Of a DNA stretch of 64,000 bases, positions 19,270-30,600 are shown piece after piece. A program made the position numbers and the translations under genes. This DNA comes from Gemmatimonadota bacterium. GTDB taxonomy: Bacteria; Gemmatimonadota; Gemmatimonadetes; Gemmatimonadales; GWC2-71-9. The notes under the pieces were generated by a model. That model was not told the origin of the DNA, searched no databases, and was given only the letters and a program-made list of their open reading frames with translations. The stretch covers positions 28,800-92,799 of the forward strand of contig JBKPAO010000032.1 of the NCBI GenBank assembly GCA_046726475.1, read 5' to 3'. Position 1 is the first letter of the stretch, and each line of letters starts with the position of its first letter.

Positions 19270-21516
19270 TTAATCTCGCACATCGTAGGTCACCGAGCCC
19301 CGCCGCGATTGAATCGTCATCCGGTGGCCATCAGTCGTCACGTTCACCGTTCCGTCCTGGTCGGTCCGCCAAACCGCCACCCCGTGTTGGCGCAGCCGGC
19401 TCAACGTCTCCGGGGCCGGATGACCATAATTGTTGTGGCCAACAGAGATGATCGCGCTCTCCGGCCGGAGCGAGTCGAGCCACTCGTTGCTGGTGCTTCC
19501 CCGGCTTCCATGATGACCAATCTTCAGCAGGTCGACCCGTCGAATCCGACTCCGCATTTCCTGCTCGGCGGGAAATCCGGCATCGCCGGCGAAGACCACT
19601 TCGAAGTCGTGGTACTCAATCAGGAGAACCAGCGAGTCCTCGTTCAGGTCTTCACCCCAGCCGGTCCAGTTAGGATCAGGGTGCAGAATGGTGAAGTCGA
19701 GACTGTCGAGGCGAAAGTGCTCTCCCCGTCGTCCAGTGTGCCAGGGGATCGCCTCCGCGGAGAGCTGCTCCAAGAAGCGATAGTATAGCGGGTCCGGCAC
19801 CTGCTCCCCGGGCTCGATCACGACACCGGCATGGAATCGCTGCAACACGCTAGGAACGCCACCGAGATGGTCTGCGTGAGCGTGCGACACGAAGGCGAGG
19901 GCCAGCTGTCGTGCCCCGTGGCGCGCCAGGAAGGGGACCACAACCCGGCGCCCAGCATCGCCGGCGTCGCTGATAGGTCCGGCGTCGATCAAGATCCACC
20001 GCCCCGCAGGCGTACGCAGAACGGCCCCGTCTCCCTGCCCGACGTCGAGAAAATGTAACGCGAAGCCGCCACCACCGTCAGCCGACCCGGGGGTCCATCC
20101 GCGGAGTAGGCTGACTCCTAAGAGTGCGACACAACCCCAGCCCCAGCGTCGAGTTGCTTCGGCCAGGGTATTTCGCTTGCCCATTGCCCAGAGACTTATC
20201 AGCAATACTGCCAGCCAGGGCGCAGCAGCTCGAAGCTCGGCGGTAGTGACGAGGTGACCATAGGGCAACTCGGCTCCGACCGTTGCGAGAAGCTCGAGGA
20301 GGTGCAGCCCCAGGCCCGCTCCGCCGGCGAGTGCACCAGCCAGCCATGGCCAAATCGGATAGAGCAGGAGGCTGGCAAATACCCCCGGAATCGCCAAGGC
20401 AGCCAGCGGAATGGCGGCGAAGTTGAGCAGAATTCCGACCATTGCCACCGTACCGAGGACGGCGGCTGTGAGTGGGGCGGTCGCGAGCGTTGCGCCCACC
20501 GAGGAGGCGAGTGTCCTCCAGCCGAGCCAAGTTCCCAACGACCGATCGGTCCAACGGGTGAAGGTGGTGGCACCCCAGAGAGCTGACGCCGAAAGCCAAC
20601 CTCCCAGGTCCACGATCGACCATGGGTCCAGCAAGAGGACGCAAAGGCATGTCGCCGAGAGGAGAGCGTTGGGCTCTACTCTGCGCTGGCGCAGTCGGCT
20701 GAGCGCCAGTAGCACGGCCAAGGCGGCGGCACGGGCCGCAGGCGCGGGCCAGCCGAGGAATGCGACATAGCCGACGCTGACGCCCGCAGCCAAGACGAGT
20801 GCTCGTGGCCGCGCGATGCGAAGGGATCGGCAGATCAGGAATATCCAGGCGGTGATGACGCCAACGTGAAAGCCTGAGATCGACAGCAAATGGACCAGGC
20901 CGGACTGAGCGAACCGATCCTGCAAAGTTCTATCGATGCCGTCGCGTCTCCCGAGCACGAGGGCGTCCACCATCGGGGCGCGTCTACCGTAGAGCAGCCG
21001 ACTGGCATCTGCCAACGAGGTACGAATGCGCGCACCAGGTGTCGGATGGCCGCTGGGGTAGCTGACACTCGCGACGATGAGTGTTCCCGATGGGCGGTGG
21101 GCGACGCCTGGCCTTGGCATCCACTTCCCCTGAACAGCGAAGCTCAGACCTGCCGCCGAACGGCGGCCAACCGGCCAACGGGCAGTGACCGGGCCCCAAC
21201 ATCCGGCATTCAGCGGTTGCACCATGAGGCGCGCTCCCGCCGAGTCTGCTGGCGCGAGCAGGCGCACCGTGAGCTGGAGCCGTCCGGGCGGAAGCCGGGC
21301 GGCGCAACTTCCGGTCTCTCGCACCCAAGCGATCTGTCCGCTAATCCTGCCCATCGCCGCGGCGGCACACAGTAGCCCCAGGAGTGGGTGGCGGCGAAGC
21401 AGCACCGCTCCGAGTGCCAGTCCAAGAACGCTGGTCGGCCCCAAAAAATGCAGAAGGCCGGTCGCGAGACCGGCCCCGTATGCCGCGGTGAAGAGTATTG
21501 GCGCCGACGCCTTCAT
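19270..21516 (-). CDS. comEC: DNA internalization-related competence protein ComEC/Rec2
   Basis: 748 aa. Polytopic competence-domain core plus a C-terminal metallo-beta-lactamase domain (FVSHAHADHLGG). Confidence 0.9.
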   Translation of the reverse strand: MKASAPILFTAAYGAGLATGLLHFLGPTSVLGLALGAVLLRRHPLLGLLCAAAAMGRISGQIAWVRETGSCAARLPPGRLQLTVRLLAPADSAGARLMVQPLNAGCWGPVTARWPVGRRSAAGLSFAVQGKWMPRPGVAHRPSGTLIVASVSYPSGHPTPGARIRTSLADASRLLYGRRAPMVDALVLGRRDGIDRTLQDRFAQSGLVHLLSISGFHVGVITAWIFLICRSLRIARPRALVLAAGVSVGYVAFLGWPAPAARAAALAVLLALSRLRQRRVEPNALLSATCLCVLLLDPWSIVDLGGWLSASALWGATTFTRWTDRSLGTWLGWRTLASSVGATLATAPLTAAVLGTVAMVGILLNFAAIPLAALAIPGVFASLLLYPIWPWLAGALAGGAGLGLHLLELLATVGAELPYGHLVTTAELRAAAPWLAVLLISLWAMGKRNTLAEATRRWGWGCVALLGVSLLRGWTPGSADGGGGFALHFLDVGQGDGAVLRTPAGRWILIDAGPISDAGDAGRRVVVPFLARHGARQLALAFVSHAHADHLGGVPSVLQRFHAGVVIEPGEQVPDPLYYRFLEQLSAEAIPWHTGRRGEHFRLDSLDFTILHPDPNWTGWGEDLNEDSLVLLIEYHDFEVVFAGDAGFPAEQEMRSRIRRVDLLKIGHHGSRGSTSNEWLDSLRPESAIISVGHNNYGHPAPETLSRLRQHGVAVWRTDQDGTVNVTTDGHRMTIQSRRGSVTYDVRD

Positions 21517-21529
21517 CGGCGGTGCTGCG

Positions 21530-21813
21530 CTACCGAGGTGCTACTCCACCTCGCTTGCCGCAGCGCGGCGCGACCGAAATCTTCCGGAGCGCCTCCATTA
21601 CGACGACCTCGATGGCGGCCCGACTCTGCTCCTTTTCCAAGTTGACCTCGGTGACGATGGAGCCCTCCCGTCTCGCCACATACCGAGGCGGAATCCGATT
21701 CAGGGCGAATGTCAGGACGTCCTCCCGGCAGAGCTCGCAGCCGCAGAAGGCGGGGAAATGGAGACGCAAGGTGTCGTAGGCAGCGACGACGTGCTCTTCC
21801 ACCAGATTCTTGA

Positions 21814-21817
<4 letters not shown>
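21530..21817 (-). CDS. comFB: ComFB-family protein (late competence development protein ComFB-like)
   Basis: 95 aa. NLVEEHVVAAYDTL...FCGCELCREDVLTFALNRIPPRYV matches the ComFB Cys cluster/LN-PP-Y signature. The GTG start overlaps the miaB TGA. Confidence 0.8.
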
Positions 21818-23124
<1,307 letters not shown>

Positions 23125-23150
23125 GAGAGCAGGAAGATATTGGGATGGGA

Positions 23151-23169
23151 GGTGAGCGGTAAGCTCACC
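23151..23169 (-). terminator. Hairpin between the barrel-protein gene and miaB (possible attenuator or processing site)
   Basis: The minus strand reads GGTGAGC-TTACC-GCTCACC (7-bp perfect stem), starting 2 nt after the stop at 23172. The downstream tract TCCCATCCCAATATCTT is only moderately U-rich. Confidence 0.3.
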
Positions 23170-23171
23170 GA

Positions 23172-24305
23172 CTACGGCCTGACCGAGATCCCGAAACCCA
23201 GGAGGAATGCCCGCTCGGAATACACGTCCTCGGAGCGCCAGACATGCTCTACAGTAAGGTCTATACCCGCGCGCTGCTGGCCAAACCGCATTCCGGTGCC
23301 GGCCGAAATCCCGAACTCATGGGGGCGGCCACCGGGGAGAAGAGGAAAGGGAAGTTGAGCATAGTGGGCGCCGAATCGCAGGGGCCAGCGAAAGGGATTC
23401 TTGAGGTCGGGGGTGTACTCCCCGCCGGCGGCAAATTCCACCGTATTCACGGCACCTACGCCACCCTGAGCCAGGAGATCGCTGTTGGCACCGGACCAGG
23501 TACGAAACAGCGTGTGGGCGGCCAGGTCCAACTTCCCGGCAGGTTGCCAGCGGAAACCCAGACCAAGACTGTAGGGCAGATCTACTTGGCCGACCCGAGT
23601 GGAGTCTCGGTCTACATTCACATGTCCATCGGAGCGCGCCAGTGCACCGACCGCGAATTGAGGGCCAAACTGGCGGATTACCCCGACGGAAATACCCAAT
23701 CCGGCATACGAGATTTCCGAGCGCTGGGTGGCGGAAAGATAGTTGGCGTCGCCAAAGAACCGGCGTGACTCGAAACGATTGGAACCGGTGATGACATGAA
23801 ACCCGGCGCCAAATACCCAACGGTTGTGGATTCGGAACGCTCCGGCTAGGCGGAGGTCGCTCAAACCGCCCCGAGATGAGAATGAGTCGGTTACCCCCAC
23901 CGGCAGGCCGCGGAGGTCGATGGTATTCGCTGTTGCGATCGTGAAATCGCGACTGGCGTAGTTCGAATAGCTGAGTCCGAGCGCCGCCCTCGATCGGGGC
24001 ACCGGGCCCGCCACCATCAGCTGAGGGAATCGCGTGTCCCTGAGCGACGCTGATCCGGCGGGATTCTCTACCGTCACGATGTCCTGATTAATCGTGAACA
24101 CGCTGGTGAGCATCGTTAACCCTCCGAGCGCACCCGGATTGACACTGGACTCAGGATCGAAAAGAGCGAAAGCCCCCCCACTCGCCCCTGCACGCGTCGC
24201 CAGCTCCCGCCCGGGATAGCCCAGGCCACGGACACCAAACTGCGATTGCGCCCATACCGGCGTGGGCAAAAGCAGCGAGACGACCAGAAGCGCGGCGCGG
24301 CGCAT
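23172..24305 (-). CDS. Putative outer-membrane beta-barrel protein (FadL/PorV-like N-terminal motif)
   Basis: Signal peptide MRRAALLVVSLLLPTPVWAQ. N-terminal GLGYPGRELATRAGASGGAFALFDPESSVNPGAL resembles the opening motif of FadL-like barrels. Alternating beta pattern throughout. Confidence 0.6.
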   Translation of the reverse strand: MRRAALLVVSLLLPTPVWAQSQFGVRGLGYPGRELATRAGASGGAFALFDPESSVNPGALGGLTMLTSVFTINQDIVTVENPAGSASLRDTRFPQLMVAGPVPRSRAALGLSYSNYASRDFTIATANTIDLRGLPVGVTDSFSSRGGLSDLRLAGAFRIHNRWVFGAGFHVITGSNRFESRRFFGDANYLSATQRSEISYAGLGISVGVIRQFGPQFAVGALARSDGHVNVDRDSTRVGQVDLPYSLGLGFRWQPAGKLDLAAHTLFRTWSGANSDLLAQGGVGAVNTVEFAAGGEYTPDLKNPFRWPLRFGAHYAQLPFPLLPGGRPHEFGISAGTGMRFGQQRAGIDLTVEHVWRSEDVYSERAFLLGFGISVRP

Positions 24306-25514
24306 TCAGGGATTCTCGAATGGTATGGAGAGCATGTAACTGATCCGAAGCCTCGGCCGTACCGCGGGGTCAGCAGCGCGGGTTGAATAGAACACCGGCC
24401 GGGAAAAGCTCGCGGCCTCGAGCTCGGGGACCACCGAGAGCACCAAGGCCGCGGGCTGGGTCGAGGTGCCTTCCCATTGCTCGACTACACGCACCGCCTC
24501 CATCGCCACCGTTTCGCTGGCTCCGCTTTCTATTGAATCCGTCGGAACTCGTCCCGGGGCCGAGTTGACCGGGGATTTCGCTCCCAGGTCGGCCAGAACG
24601 GCCTTGGCCTGCAATCGCAGGGGGTCGGTCGGCAGTCCGTTAATCGGGGCGACGGGGGTCAACTCCAAAGTGGCACGGACGATCGTGGCCGAATCCCTGA
24701 GTAGCGCGGGAAGCTGGAACCGAATCAGCGCTCTCGCTGACGGCTCGCCACCGACGCTCAGGAGCGTAGAGTCGTCAGCCTGCTGGATCGCCGGCACAAA
24801 CGAACTGAATGATGGGGTGAAGGGAAACGACCTCAGCTTGGCGGTTCCGGTGTCCGGAACGTCCAAAGTGGCATAGGTCACGAACACCGGAGCAATGCTT
24901 CCGACGGAGGCCAAGCGCACCCCCGTGACGAGCGGCGCATTGAGACGAATCCCGAGTGCCAGCACACCAGTGTCCGCCGGAGGAATAGCGACTTTGGCCA
25001 GGTCGGGCCCTTGTAGGACGGCGCGAAGCGCACCGGTTTTGACGGAGTCGGGCACTGGAATTTGGACGACTAGATTCTCGGGCGAGAACGCCGGATCGAT
25101 CTCGGCAAACGTGGTCGCGCTGTCGATGCTCGGCGGTATGCGATAGATGTCCAGCTGAAGCCCACTCTCGTTAGTGTCCCTCGCTAGGATGGTGAAGGTA
25201 AATGCCACCGAATCGATGGCATAACCACGAAGCGTGTCGCGGACGGCGACGGAGTCGCTCCGCGGCGGGAACCGCATGATGGTCCGCTGCTGCTGGCCTT
25301 GCAAGCCGTTAGAAACCAGCAGGGCTAATGCAGCATTCGGTTGAACGTACCCTCGGAAGCTACTGTCAGCACCCGTGATAGCTGGTACGATCTCGTCAAA
25401 TACTTGAGGTACTCCGCCGGGACACAGGGCGGGACAGTCTCCCGGCGCCGTCAGTTTTTCCTGACAGGCGCAAAGAATGACCAGAATTGAAGGGAGGAAG
25501 CGGCGCAGGATCAC
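24306..25514 (-). CDS. Putative lipoprotein (unknown function)
   Basis: MILRRFLPSILVILCAC has a lipobox-like LCAC. 402 aa, beta-rich, with no recognisable catalytic motif. The GTG start overlaps the cdd TGA and the stop abuts the next gene's ATG. Confidence 0.6.
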   Translation of the reverse strand: MILRRFLPSILVILCACQEKLTAPGDCPALCPGGVPQVFDEIVPAITGADSSFRGYVQPNAALALLVSNGLQGQQQRTIMRFPPRSDSVAVRDTLRGYAIDSVAFTFTILARDTNESGLQLDIYRIPPSIDSATTFAEIDPAFSPENLVVQIPVPDSVKTGALRAVLQGPDLAKVAIPPADTGVLALGIRLNAPLVTGVRLASVGSIAPVFVTYATLDVPDTGTAKLRSFPFTPSFSSFVPAIQQADDSTLLSVGGEPSARALIRFQLPALLRDSATIVRATLELTPVAPINGLPTDPLRLQAKAVLADLGAKSPVNSAPGRVPTDSIESGASETVAMEAVRVVEQWEGTSTQPAALVLSVVPELEAASFSRPVFYSTRAADPAVRPRLRISYMLSIPFENP

Positions 25515-25897
25515 CGCAGCTGCTCCGGGCCGAAGGCCGCAGGCAGCAGATCCGCCAGGCGCCAGCTGATGCTTCGGTGTGGCCCTACCGCTTCGATCGG
25601 CAGGTCGAGGCCGAACTCCGCCAGTACTTGGCGACAGGCACCACAGGGCGCAGCTGGTGGATCGACATCAGAGACCACGACGGCGCGGCGAAACCGCCGT
25701 GCCCCGGCTCCCACTGCGGCGGAGATTGCAGCTCGCTCCGCACAAATGGTCAATCCATAGGAGGCGTTCTCGACGTTGCAACCGGTGAATACCTCGCCAT
25801 CGATACTTTCCAGCGCCGCACCCACCCGAAAGTTGGAGTACGGGGCGTAAGCCCGCGCCTGCGCGCTGCGCGCCGCCGAGATCAGGGTATCAGTCAC
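25511..25897 (-). CDS. cdd: Cytidine deaminase
   Basis: 128 aa with the zinc motifs CAERAAI and PCGACRQVL. Confidence 0.9.
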   Translation of the reverse strand: MTDTLISAARSAQARAYAPYSNFRVGAALESIDGEVFTGCNVENASYGLTICAERAAISAAVGAGARRFRRAVVVSDVDPPAAPCGACRQVLAEFGLDLPIEAVGPHRSISWRLADLLPAAFGPEQLR

Positions 25898-27059
25898 GCC
25901 ACACCTCGGAAAGGAACGAGGTCCCAGCTGCGAGAGCCGGCACCTCGAGGAACTCCGCCACCGTCTGCCCGATATCGGCGAACGTCTTTCGGCGGCCCAG
26001 ATCGACGGGCCGCACTCTGGGCCCTAGCACGAGAACTGGAACCACCTCCCGCGAATGATCGGTCGACGCAGTGGTTGGGTCGTTCCCGTGGTCCGCGGTA
26101 AAGATAATGAGGTCCTCTGCCTTAACCTTTGCAATCAGAGCGGGCCACGTCCGGTCCAGCTCCTGGAGCCCAGCGTAAAAGCCGGGAACATCGTTGCGAT
26201 GTCCCCAGGTCTGATCGAATTCGATGACGTTGGCCAAGAGCAATCCGCCGGCCAGGCTTTCCAGCGCCCGGGCAATAAGAGTGTAAGCCTCGCTGTTGGT
26301 CGCAGTGTGGGTGCTGGTGATGCCCCGCCCCGCAAACAGATCGTCGACCTTGCCCACCCCGACCCGGGGAACCCCGGATTCAACCAAGCGGTCGAGCAGT
26401 GTCAGCCCCGGGGGCGGCAGGCTGAAATCTTTCCGCGCGGCAGTGCGTTTCCAGGCGCCCCGCTCGCCGGTAAACGGCCGGGCGATGACTCGCGATACAC
26501 CATTCTCGCCTTGCAGCAACTGGCGAGCGGCCTGGCAGGCCCGGTAGAGCTCGTCGAGCGGCACGATATCCTGATGCGCCGCCACCTGGAAGACGCTATC
26601 GGCGGAGGTATATACGATCCACTTCCCGGTGCGACAATGCTCCGGCGCGTACTCGTCCAGAACAGCGGTTCCCGATGCCGCCTTGTTGCCCAGCACGCCT
26701 CGACCGGTACGCCGCACGAATTCGTCGATCAGCTCGGCGGAAAACCCCCGGGGATAGGTTGGAAACGGCCGAGCGAGAATTAGCCCGCAGAGCTCCCAAT
26801 GGCCTGTGGTACTGTCCTTCCCGGGACTGGCAGGCTCGCACACCCCCCAAGCGCCATTGGGAGTAACCGTTGCGGAAAGGCCGGCCAGGGGCGCGCAGCG
26901 ACCCAGTCCGGCAGCCTCGAGTCGGGGAAGGCGGAACCCACCCACGGCGCGAGCAACATTGCCGAGCGTGTTGCTTCCCGTGTCTCCATATAAAGCGGAA
27001 TCGTGTGCCGGACCGATGCCGACACCGTCGAGGACAATAATGGCGGCGCGCCGCATCAC
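25890..27059 (-). CDS. deoB: Phosphopentomutase
   Basis: 389 aa. IIVLDGVGIG...FTADHGNDPT is the metalloenzyme-superfamily DeoB pattern. Confidence 0.93.
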   Translation of the reverse strand: MMRRAAIIVLDGVGIGPAHDSALYGDTGSNTLGNVARAVGGFRLPRLEAAGLGRCAPLAGLSATVTPNGAWGVCEPASPGKDSTTGHWELCGLILARPFPTYPRGFSAELIDEFVRRTGRGVLGNKAASGTAVLDEYAPEHCRTGKWIVYTSADSVFQVAAHQDIVPLDELYRACQAARQLLQGENGVSRVIARPFTGERGAWKRTAARKDFSLPPPGLTLLDRLVESGVPRVGVGKVDDLFAGRGITSTHTATNSEAYTLIARALESLAGGLLLANVIEFDQTWGHRNDVPGFYAGLQELDRTWPALIAKVKAEDLIIFTADHGNDPTTASTDHSREVVPVLVLGPRVRPVDLGRRKTFADIGQTVAEFLEVPALAAGTSFLSEVWRD

Positions 27060-27304
27060 ACCTTCGGCATTGTCTGGACGTAGCGAAACCGCAGACTGGT
27101 GACTACCTGGTCCAGCAGCTGCTTCTCGTCGGCCTCTAAGTGGCCGGCCGTCTTCTCGACAAGCATTCCCAGCGTATCGATCAGGGTCTGGGCCACCTTT
27201 CGGGCATCGCCGAACTGTTCAGCACCGGGTGGTAACCGGCCATCTAGCGCGGCCTCTGCCTGTTGGGCCAGTCCCAGCACGAGCGAAGCAAAGTGCGAAT
27301 TCAT
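27056..27304 (-). CDS. DUF1844-like small protein
   Basis: 82 aa. HFASLVLGLAQQA...LIDTLGMLVEKTAGHLEADEKQLLDQVVTSLRFRYVQ follows the DUF1844 pattern as I recall it. 4-nt overlaps on both sides. Confidence 0.7.
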   Translation of the reverse strand: MNSHFASLVLGLAQQAEAALDGRLPPGAEQFGDARKVAQTLIDTLGMLVEKTAGHLEADEKQLLDQVVTSLRFRYVQTMPKV

Positions 27305-28392
27305 CTGAGCCTCTGATAGCGACGAGTGACCCTCGGTCCGAGCCGGGTCAACAGCTCATACGAAACGGTTCCCGCCGCCGCCGCCTGTTGATCAATGGAC
27401 ACCAGCCCGCCATAGACAGTGGCAACTTCTCCGATTGAGACGTCGCCGCCGACCACCACCATGCACATATCCATGGTGACCCGCCCTACGACCGGCACCA
27501 ACCGGCCCGCGATCTCGATGTGGCGCGGAATCTGTTTCCCGTCGCGCTCCTGCGCTGATCGGGGAAAGCCGTCGGCATATCCTACGGCGACGGTGGCGAT
27601 AACGGTTCCACGGTCCGCTTGCCAGGTGGCGTTGTACCCAACCGTGTCGCCGGCTCGAATCGACCGTACTGCGACCACTCGTCCCCTCAGCGCCACGACG
27701 GGCTGGGGAGCCAGTGGTCCCGCTGCACCCCCATACAGGAAAATGCCCGGGCGCACCAGGTCGCCGGCATATGCGCTGCCCAGGAGTGCCGCGGCGCTGT
27801 TTGCCGCATGCACCAGCGAGGGCCGCCGCGGGAGCGAGTCGAGCGTCTGTTGGAAACGCTCCCACTGCCTTGCCGTCAAGCCACTATCGGATTCGGCGGA
27901 GACGAAGTGGGTGAATACGCCTTCCCAACCTTTGGACTCTCGGAGCGAAGCGCGCAGCCGCTCCAGTGCGGCCCGGTCGTCCCAGCGAGCTCCTCCGCGA
28001 CTCATCCCGGTATCGATCTCGACGTGGAAGGGTTGGGGACTCCGGGCGATCCAGGCGTCGAGTGTCACCGGATCACCAATGCAGGGACGCAGATCCAGCT
28101 CGAGGCAGCGGTCGATCCACTGGGGGATCAAGGGAGTCGTCACCAGGAGGGGGCGCATGACTCCGGCGGCCCTGAGCGCGGATGCTTCCTCGATGGAGGC
28201 CACTCCATAACCCCAAGGATCCACTGGTTCCAGCGCACGCACCACTTCCACTGCGCCCAAGCCGTAGCCGTTAGCTTTGACCATCGGCAGCAACCGGCTA
28301 CCACTGACGGCTGCCACCCGCCGCGCATTGCCCAGAAGTGCGGCTAGGTCCACGTCCACCCAGGATCGCATCGTGTCGGAGGAAAAGGTCAT
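27301..28392 (-). CDS. alr: Alanine racemase
   Basis: PLP-lysine motif LLPMVKANGYGLG. Start chosen at ATG 28390-28392 (MTFSSDTMRSWVDVDLAAL), with ATG 28371 as an alternative. The 447-aa ORF-track version is an upstream extension. Confidence 0.9.
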   Translation of the reverse strand: MTFSSDTMRSWVDVDLAALLGNARRVAAVSGSRLLPMVKANGYGLGAVEVVRALEPVDPWGYGVASIEEASALRAAGVMRPLLVTTPLIPQWIDRCLELDLRPCIGDPVTLDAWIARSPQPFHVEIDTGMSRGGARWDDRAALERLRASLRESKGWEGVFTHFVSAESDSGLTARQWERFQQTLDSLPRRPSLVHAANSAAALLGSAYAGDLVRPGIFLYGGAAGPLAPQPVVALRGRVVAVRSIRAGDTVGYNATWQADRGTVIATVAVGYADGFPRSAQERDGKQIPRHIEIAGRLVPVVGRVTMDMCMVVVGGDVSIGEVATVYGGLVSIDQQAAAAGTVSYELLTRLGPRVTRRYQRLR

Positions 28393-28429
28393 GGAAGGCC
28401 GGCGGTATGATATTGGGCACGAACTAGGG

Positions 28430-29266
28430 ATGCAAGACAATTCTGCGCTCGGACGGGCCATGGCCACCGTCCGAGACCTGCGGCGGCGATGCCCCTGGGA
28501 CCGAGCGCAAACTCGGGAAACCCTGCGGCCGTATCTGGTCGAAGAGGTTCTCGAATTGGACCAGGCGTTGTCTGAAGGAACCGTTGATTCAATTCGCGAT
28601 GAGCTGAGCGATCTGTTGCTGCACCTGGCGTTCCAACTCGTCATCGCCGAAGAGCAGGACGAATTCAGCCCCGGCCAGATCGCGGACCAGCTCGAAGCGA
28701 AGATGCGGCGACGCCATCCTCACCTGTTTGCTCAAGGAAGGCCGGAACCGTGGGAACAGATCAAGCGCCGGGAGCGTCGTGGCCGGATTCTGGATGGGCT
28801 CGTGCCGACCCTTCCCTCATTGCTGATGGCCTTTCGGCTCCAGGAGCGCGCGGCCTCGGTTGGATTTGACTGGCCGGACGCAAGAGGACCACTGGAAAAG
28901 GTGCGCGAGGAACTGGTCGAGGTGGAGGACCACCTGCCGACTCAAGCGGCCTCTGCATCAACCCAGGCAGACCCCAACGAGCCAGTCTCGGCACCCAGCG
29001 ACAAGCTGACCGAGGAGATCGGCGACCTCCTGTTTGCCGTGGTCAACCTCGCCCGAAAGAGTGGCGTGCAGCCGGGACCTGCCCTGGATCGAGCCAATAA
29101 GAAATTCCGAGAGCGGTTCGAGCGCGTGGAGCTGCTGGCGGAAGGCCGCGGTATCGAGATGACCACCGCAGGGCTCCCGCTGCTGGATACGCTATGGGAT
29201 GAGGTGAAAGCGATGGCGCAGAAGACGGAGAAGGCGGAAAGGGTCGAGAAAGCTAGAATTGAGTGA
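28430..29266 (+). CDS. mazG: Nucleoside triphosphate pyrophosphohydrolase MazG
   Basis: LRRRCPWDRAQTRETLRPYLVEEVLELDQAL and a second EEIGDLLFAVVNLAR repeat (tandem MazG domains). Start at ATG 28430 is plausible (alternatives 28391 and 28460). Confidence 0.88.
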   Translation: MQDNSALGRAMATVRDLRRRCPWDRAQTRETLRPYLVEEVLELDQALSEGTVDSIRDELSDLLLHLAFQLVIAEEQDEFSPGQIADQLEAKMRRRHPHLFAQGRPEPWEQIKRRERRGRILDGLVPTLPSLLMAFRLQERAASVGFDWPDARGPLEKVREELVEVEDHLPTQAASASTQADPNEPVSAPSDKLTEEIGDLLFAVVNLARKSGVQPGPALDRANKKFRERFERVELLAEGRGIEMTTAGLPLLDTLWDEVKAMAQKTEKAERVEKARIE

Positions 29267-29286
29267 GGTCTTCTCCGCTCTCTCCC

Positions 29287-30582
29287 CTACGGGTAGAGCC
29301 GATGTATCTGCCGCGGAAAGGCGATCGCCTCCCGAATGTGGGGAATGCCGCAAATCCAAGCTACCGTCCGCTCGATACCCAGTCCGAACCCGGAGTGAAC
29401 GAAGGTGCCGTACTTCCGCAAATCCAGGTACCAGCGATACGCTTCCGGGTCGAGTCCCTGCTCTTTGATGCGCGCAAGCAGTTTCTCGTAGTCGTCCTCA
29501 CGCTGGGATCCGCCGATAATCTCTCCATAGCCTTCGGGAGCGAGGCAATCATTGTTCAGAACCGTCCTCGGGTCGTCGGGATTTTCCTTCATGTAAAAGG
29601 CCTTCACCTGTCGCGGATAGTTATAGACGAACACCGGGCGATCGTAGTCTCGCGCCAGCAGCGTTTCGTCATCGCCCCCGAGGTCACTGCCCCAGGCGAT
29701 GTCGGATCCAAGAGCCTTCAGCCGCACCACCGCATCACTGTAGGAGATCCGGGGGAACGGCGCCTGGACCCGCTCCAGTGGAGTGGTCTCGCGTTCCAGC
29801 TCCTTCAGCTCCTCTCGCCGTCGATCCAGCACCCGGCTGACGATGGCGCTGACGAAGTCCTGCTGCAGGCGCATGTTCGCGTCCGAATCGTTGAACGCCA
29901 CTTCGGGCTCGACCATCCAGAATTCAGTCAGATGCCGCCGGGTCTTCGATTTCTCTGCTCGGAAGGTTGGGCCGAAACAGTAGACCTTCCCCAGTGCCGC
30001 CGCGGCGGCCTCGACATAGAGCTGTCCGGTCTGGGCGAGATACGCTTTGCCCAAATCGAAGTAGTCGGTGGCGAAGAGGTTCCCTGCCTCTTCACCGATG
30101 GCTCCGGTCAGGATGGGCGTATCGACCAGGATGAAGCCCCGTTCGTAAAAGAAGTCCCGAATCGCCTGTACCACCTCGTGGCGCACCCGGGCGACGGCGA
30201 CCTGCCGGCGGCTCCGCAGCCAAAGGTGTCTATGTTCGAAGAGGAAAGTCGTCCCATGTTCTTTGGGAGTGATAGGATACTCGGGACTGGCTCCCAACGA
30301 CTCCAGGGTCTGCACCGCCAGCTCATAGCCGCCGGGCGAGCGAGGCTCCTCCCGGACGACACCGGTGAGCAGCACACTGCTCTCCTGGGTCAGCGTCGCG
30401 AACGCCGACCAGGTGGTCTCCGGCACTTCCTTCTTGGAAAGAACTCCTTGCACGTACCCAGACCCATCTCGTACCACCACAAAGGCGATTTTGCCGCTCG
30501 ACCGGGTAGTCACAACCCAACCGCGAACGGTCACCGTTTCGCCAACGTGTGCGTGGAGCCCGCTGATGTCTACTGCCGCCAT
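29287..30582 (-). CDS. asnS: Asparagine--tRNA ligase
   Basis: 431 aa class IIb synthetase. OB-fold N-terminus ([18 protein letters not shown]) and motif 2 region [24 protein letters not shown], which is typical of AsnRS. Confidence 0.92.
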   Translation of the reverse strand: MAAVDISGLHAHVGETVTVRGWVVTTRSSGKIAFVVVRDGSGYVQGVLSKKEVPETTWSAFATLTQESSVLLTGVVREEPRSPGGYELAVQTLESLGASPEYPITPKEHGTTFLFEHRHLWLRSRRQVAVARVRHEVVQAIRDFFYERGFILVDTPILTGAIGEEAGNLFATDYFDLGKAYLAQTGQLYVEAAAAALGKVYCFGPTFRAEKSKTRRHLTEFWMVEPEVAFNDSDANMRLQQDFVSAIVSRVLDRRREELKELERETTPLERVQAPFPRISYSDAVVRLKALGSDIAWGSDLGGDDETLLARDYDRPVFVYNYPRQVKAFYMKENPDDPRTVLNNDCLAPEGYGEIIGGSQREDDYEKLLARIKEQGLDPEAYRWYLDLRKYGTFVHSGFGLGIERTVAWICGIPHIREAIAFPRQIHRLYP

Positions 30583-30600
30583 GCCGGATCCGCTGGGGGA

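Noticed and set aside
29263-30600. An 803-aa plus-strand ORF whose first ~445 codons run antisense to the whole of asnS and continue in frame into the BamB-like gene.
   Set aside because: Its codon position 1 coincides with asnS codon position 3. In a GC3-rich gene, A-ending codons are rare, so T-initial stop codons are rare on that antisense frame. The translated antisense part is R/P/G/V-rich with no motifs. The real protein begins at ATG 30601 with a signal peptide. A sense/antisense aaRS-coding idea is not supported by anything in the sequence.
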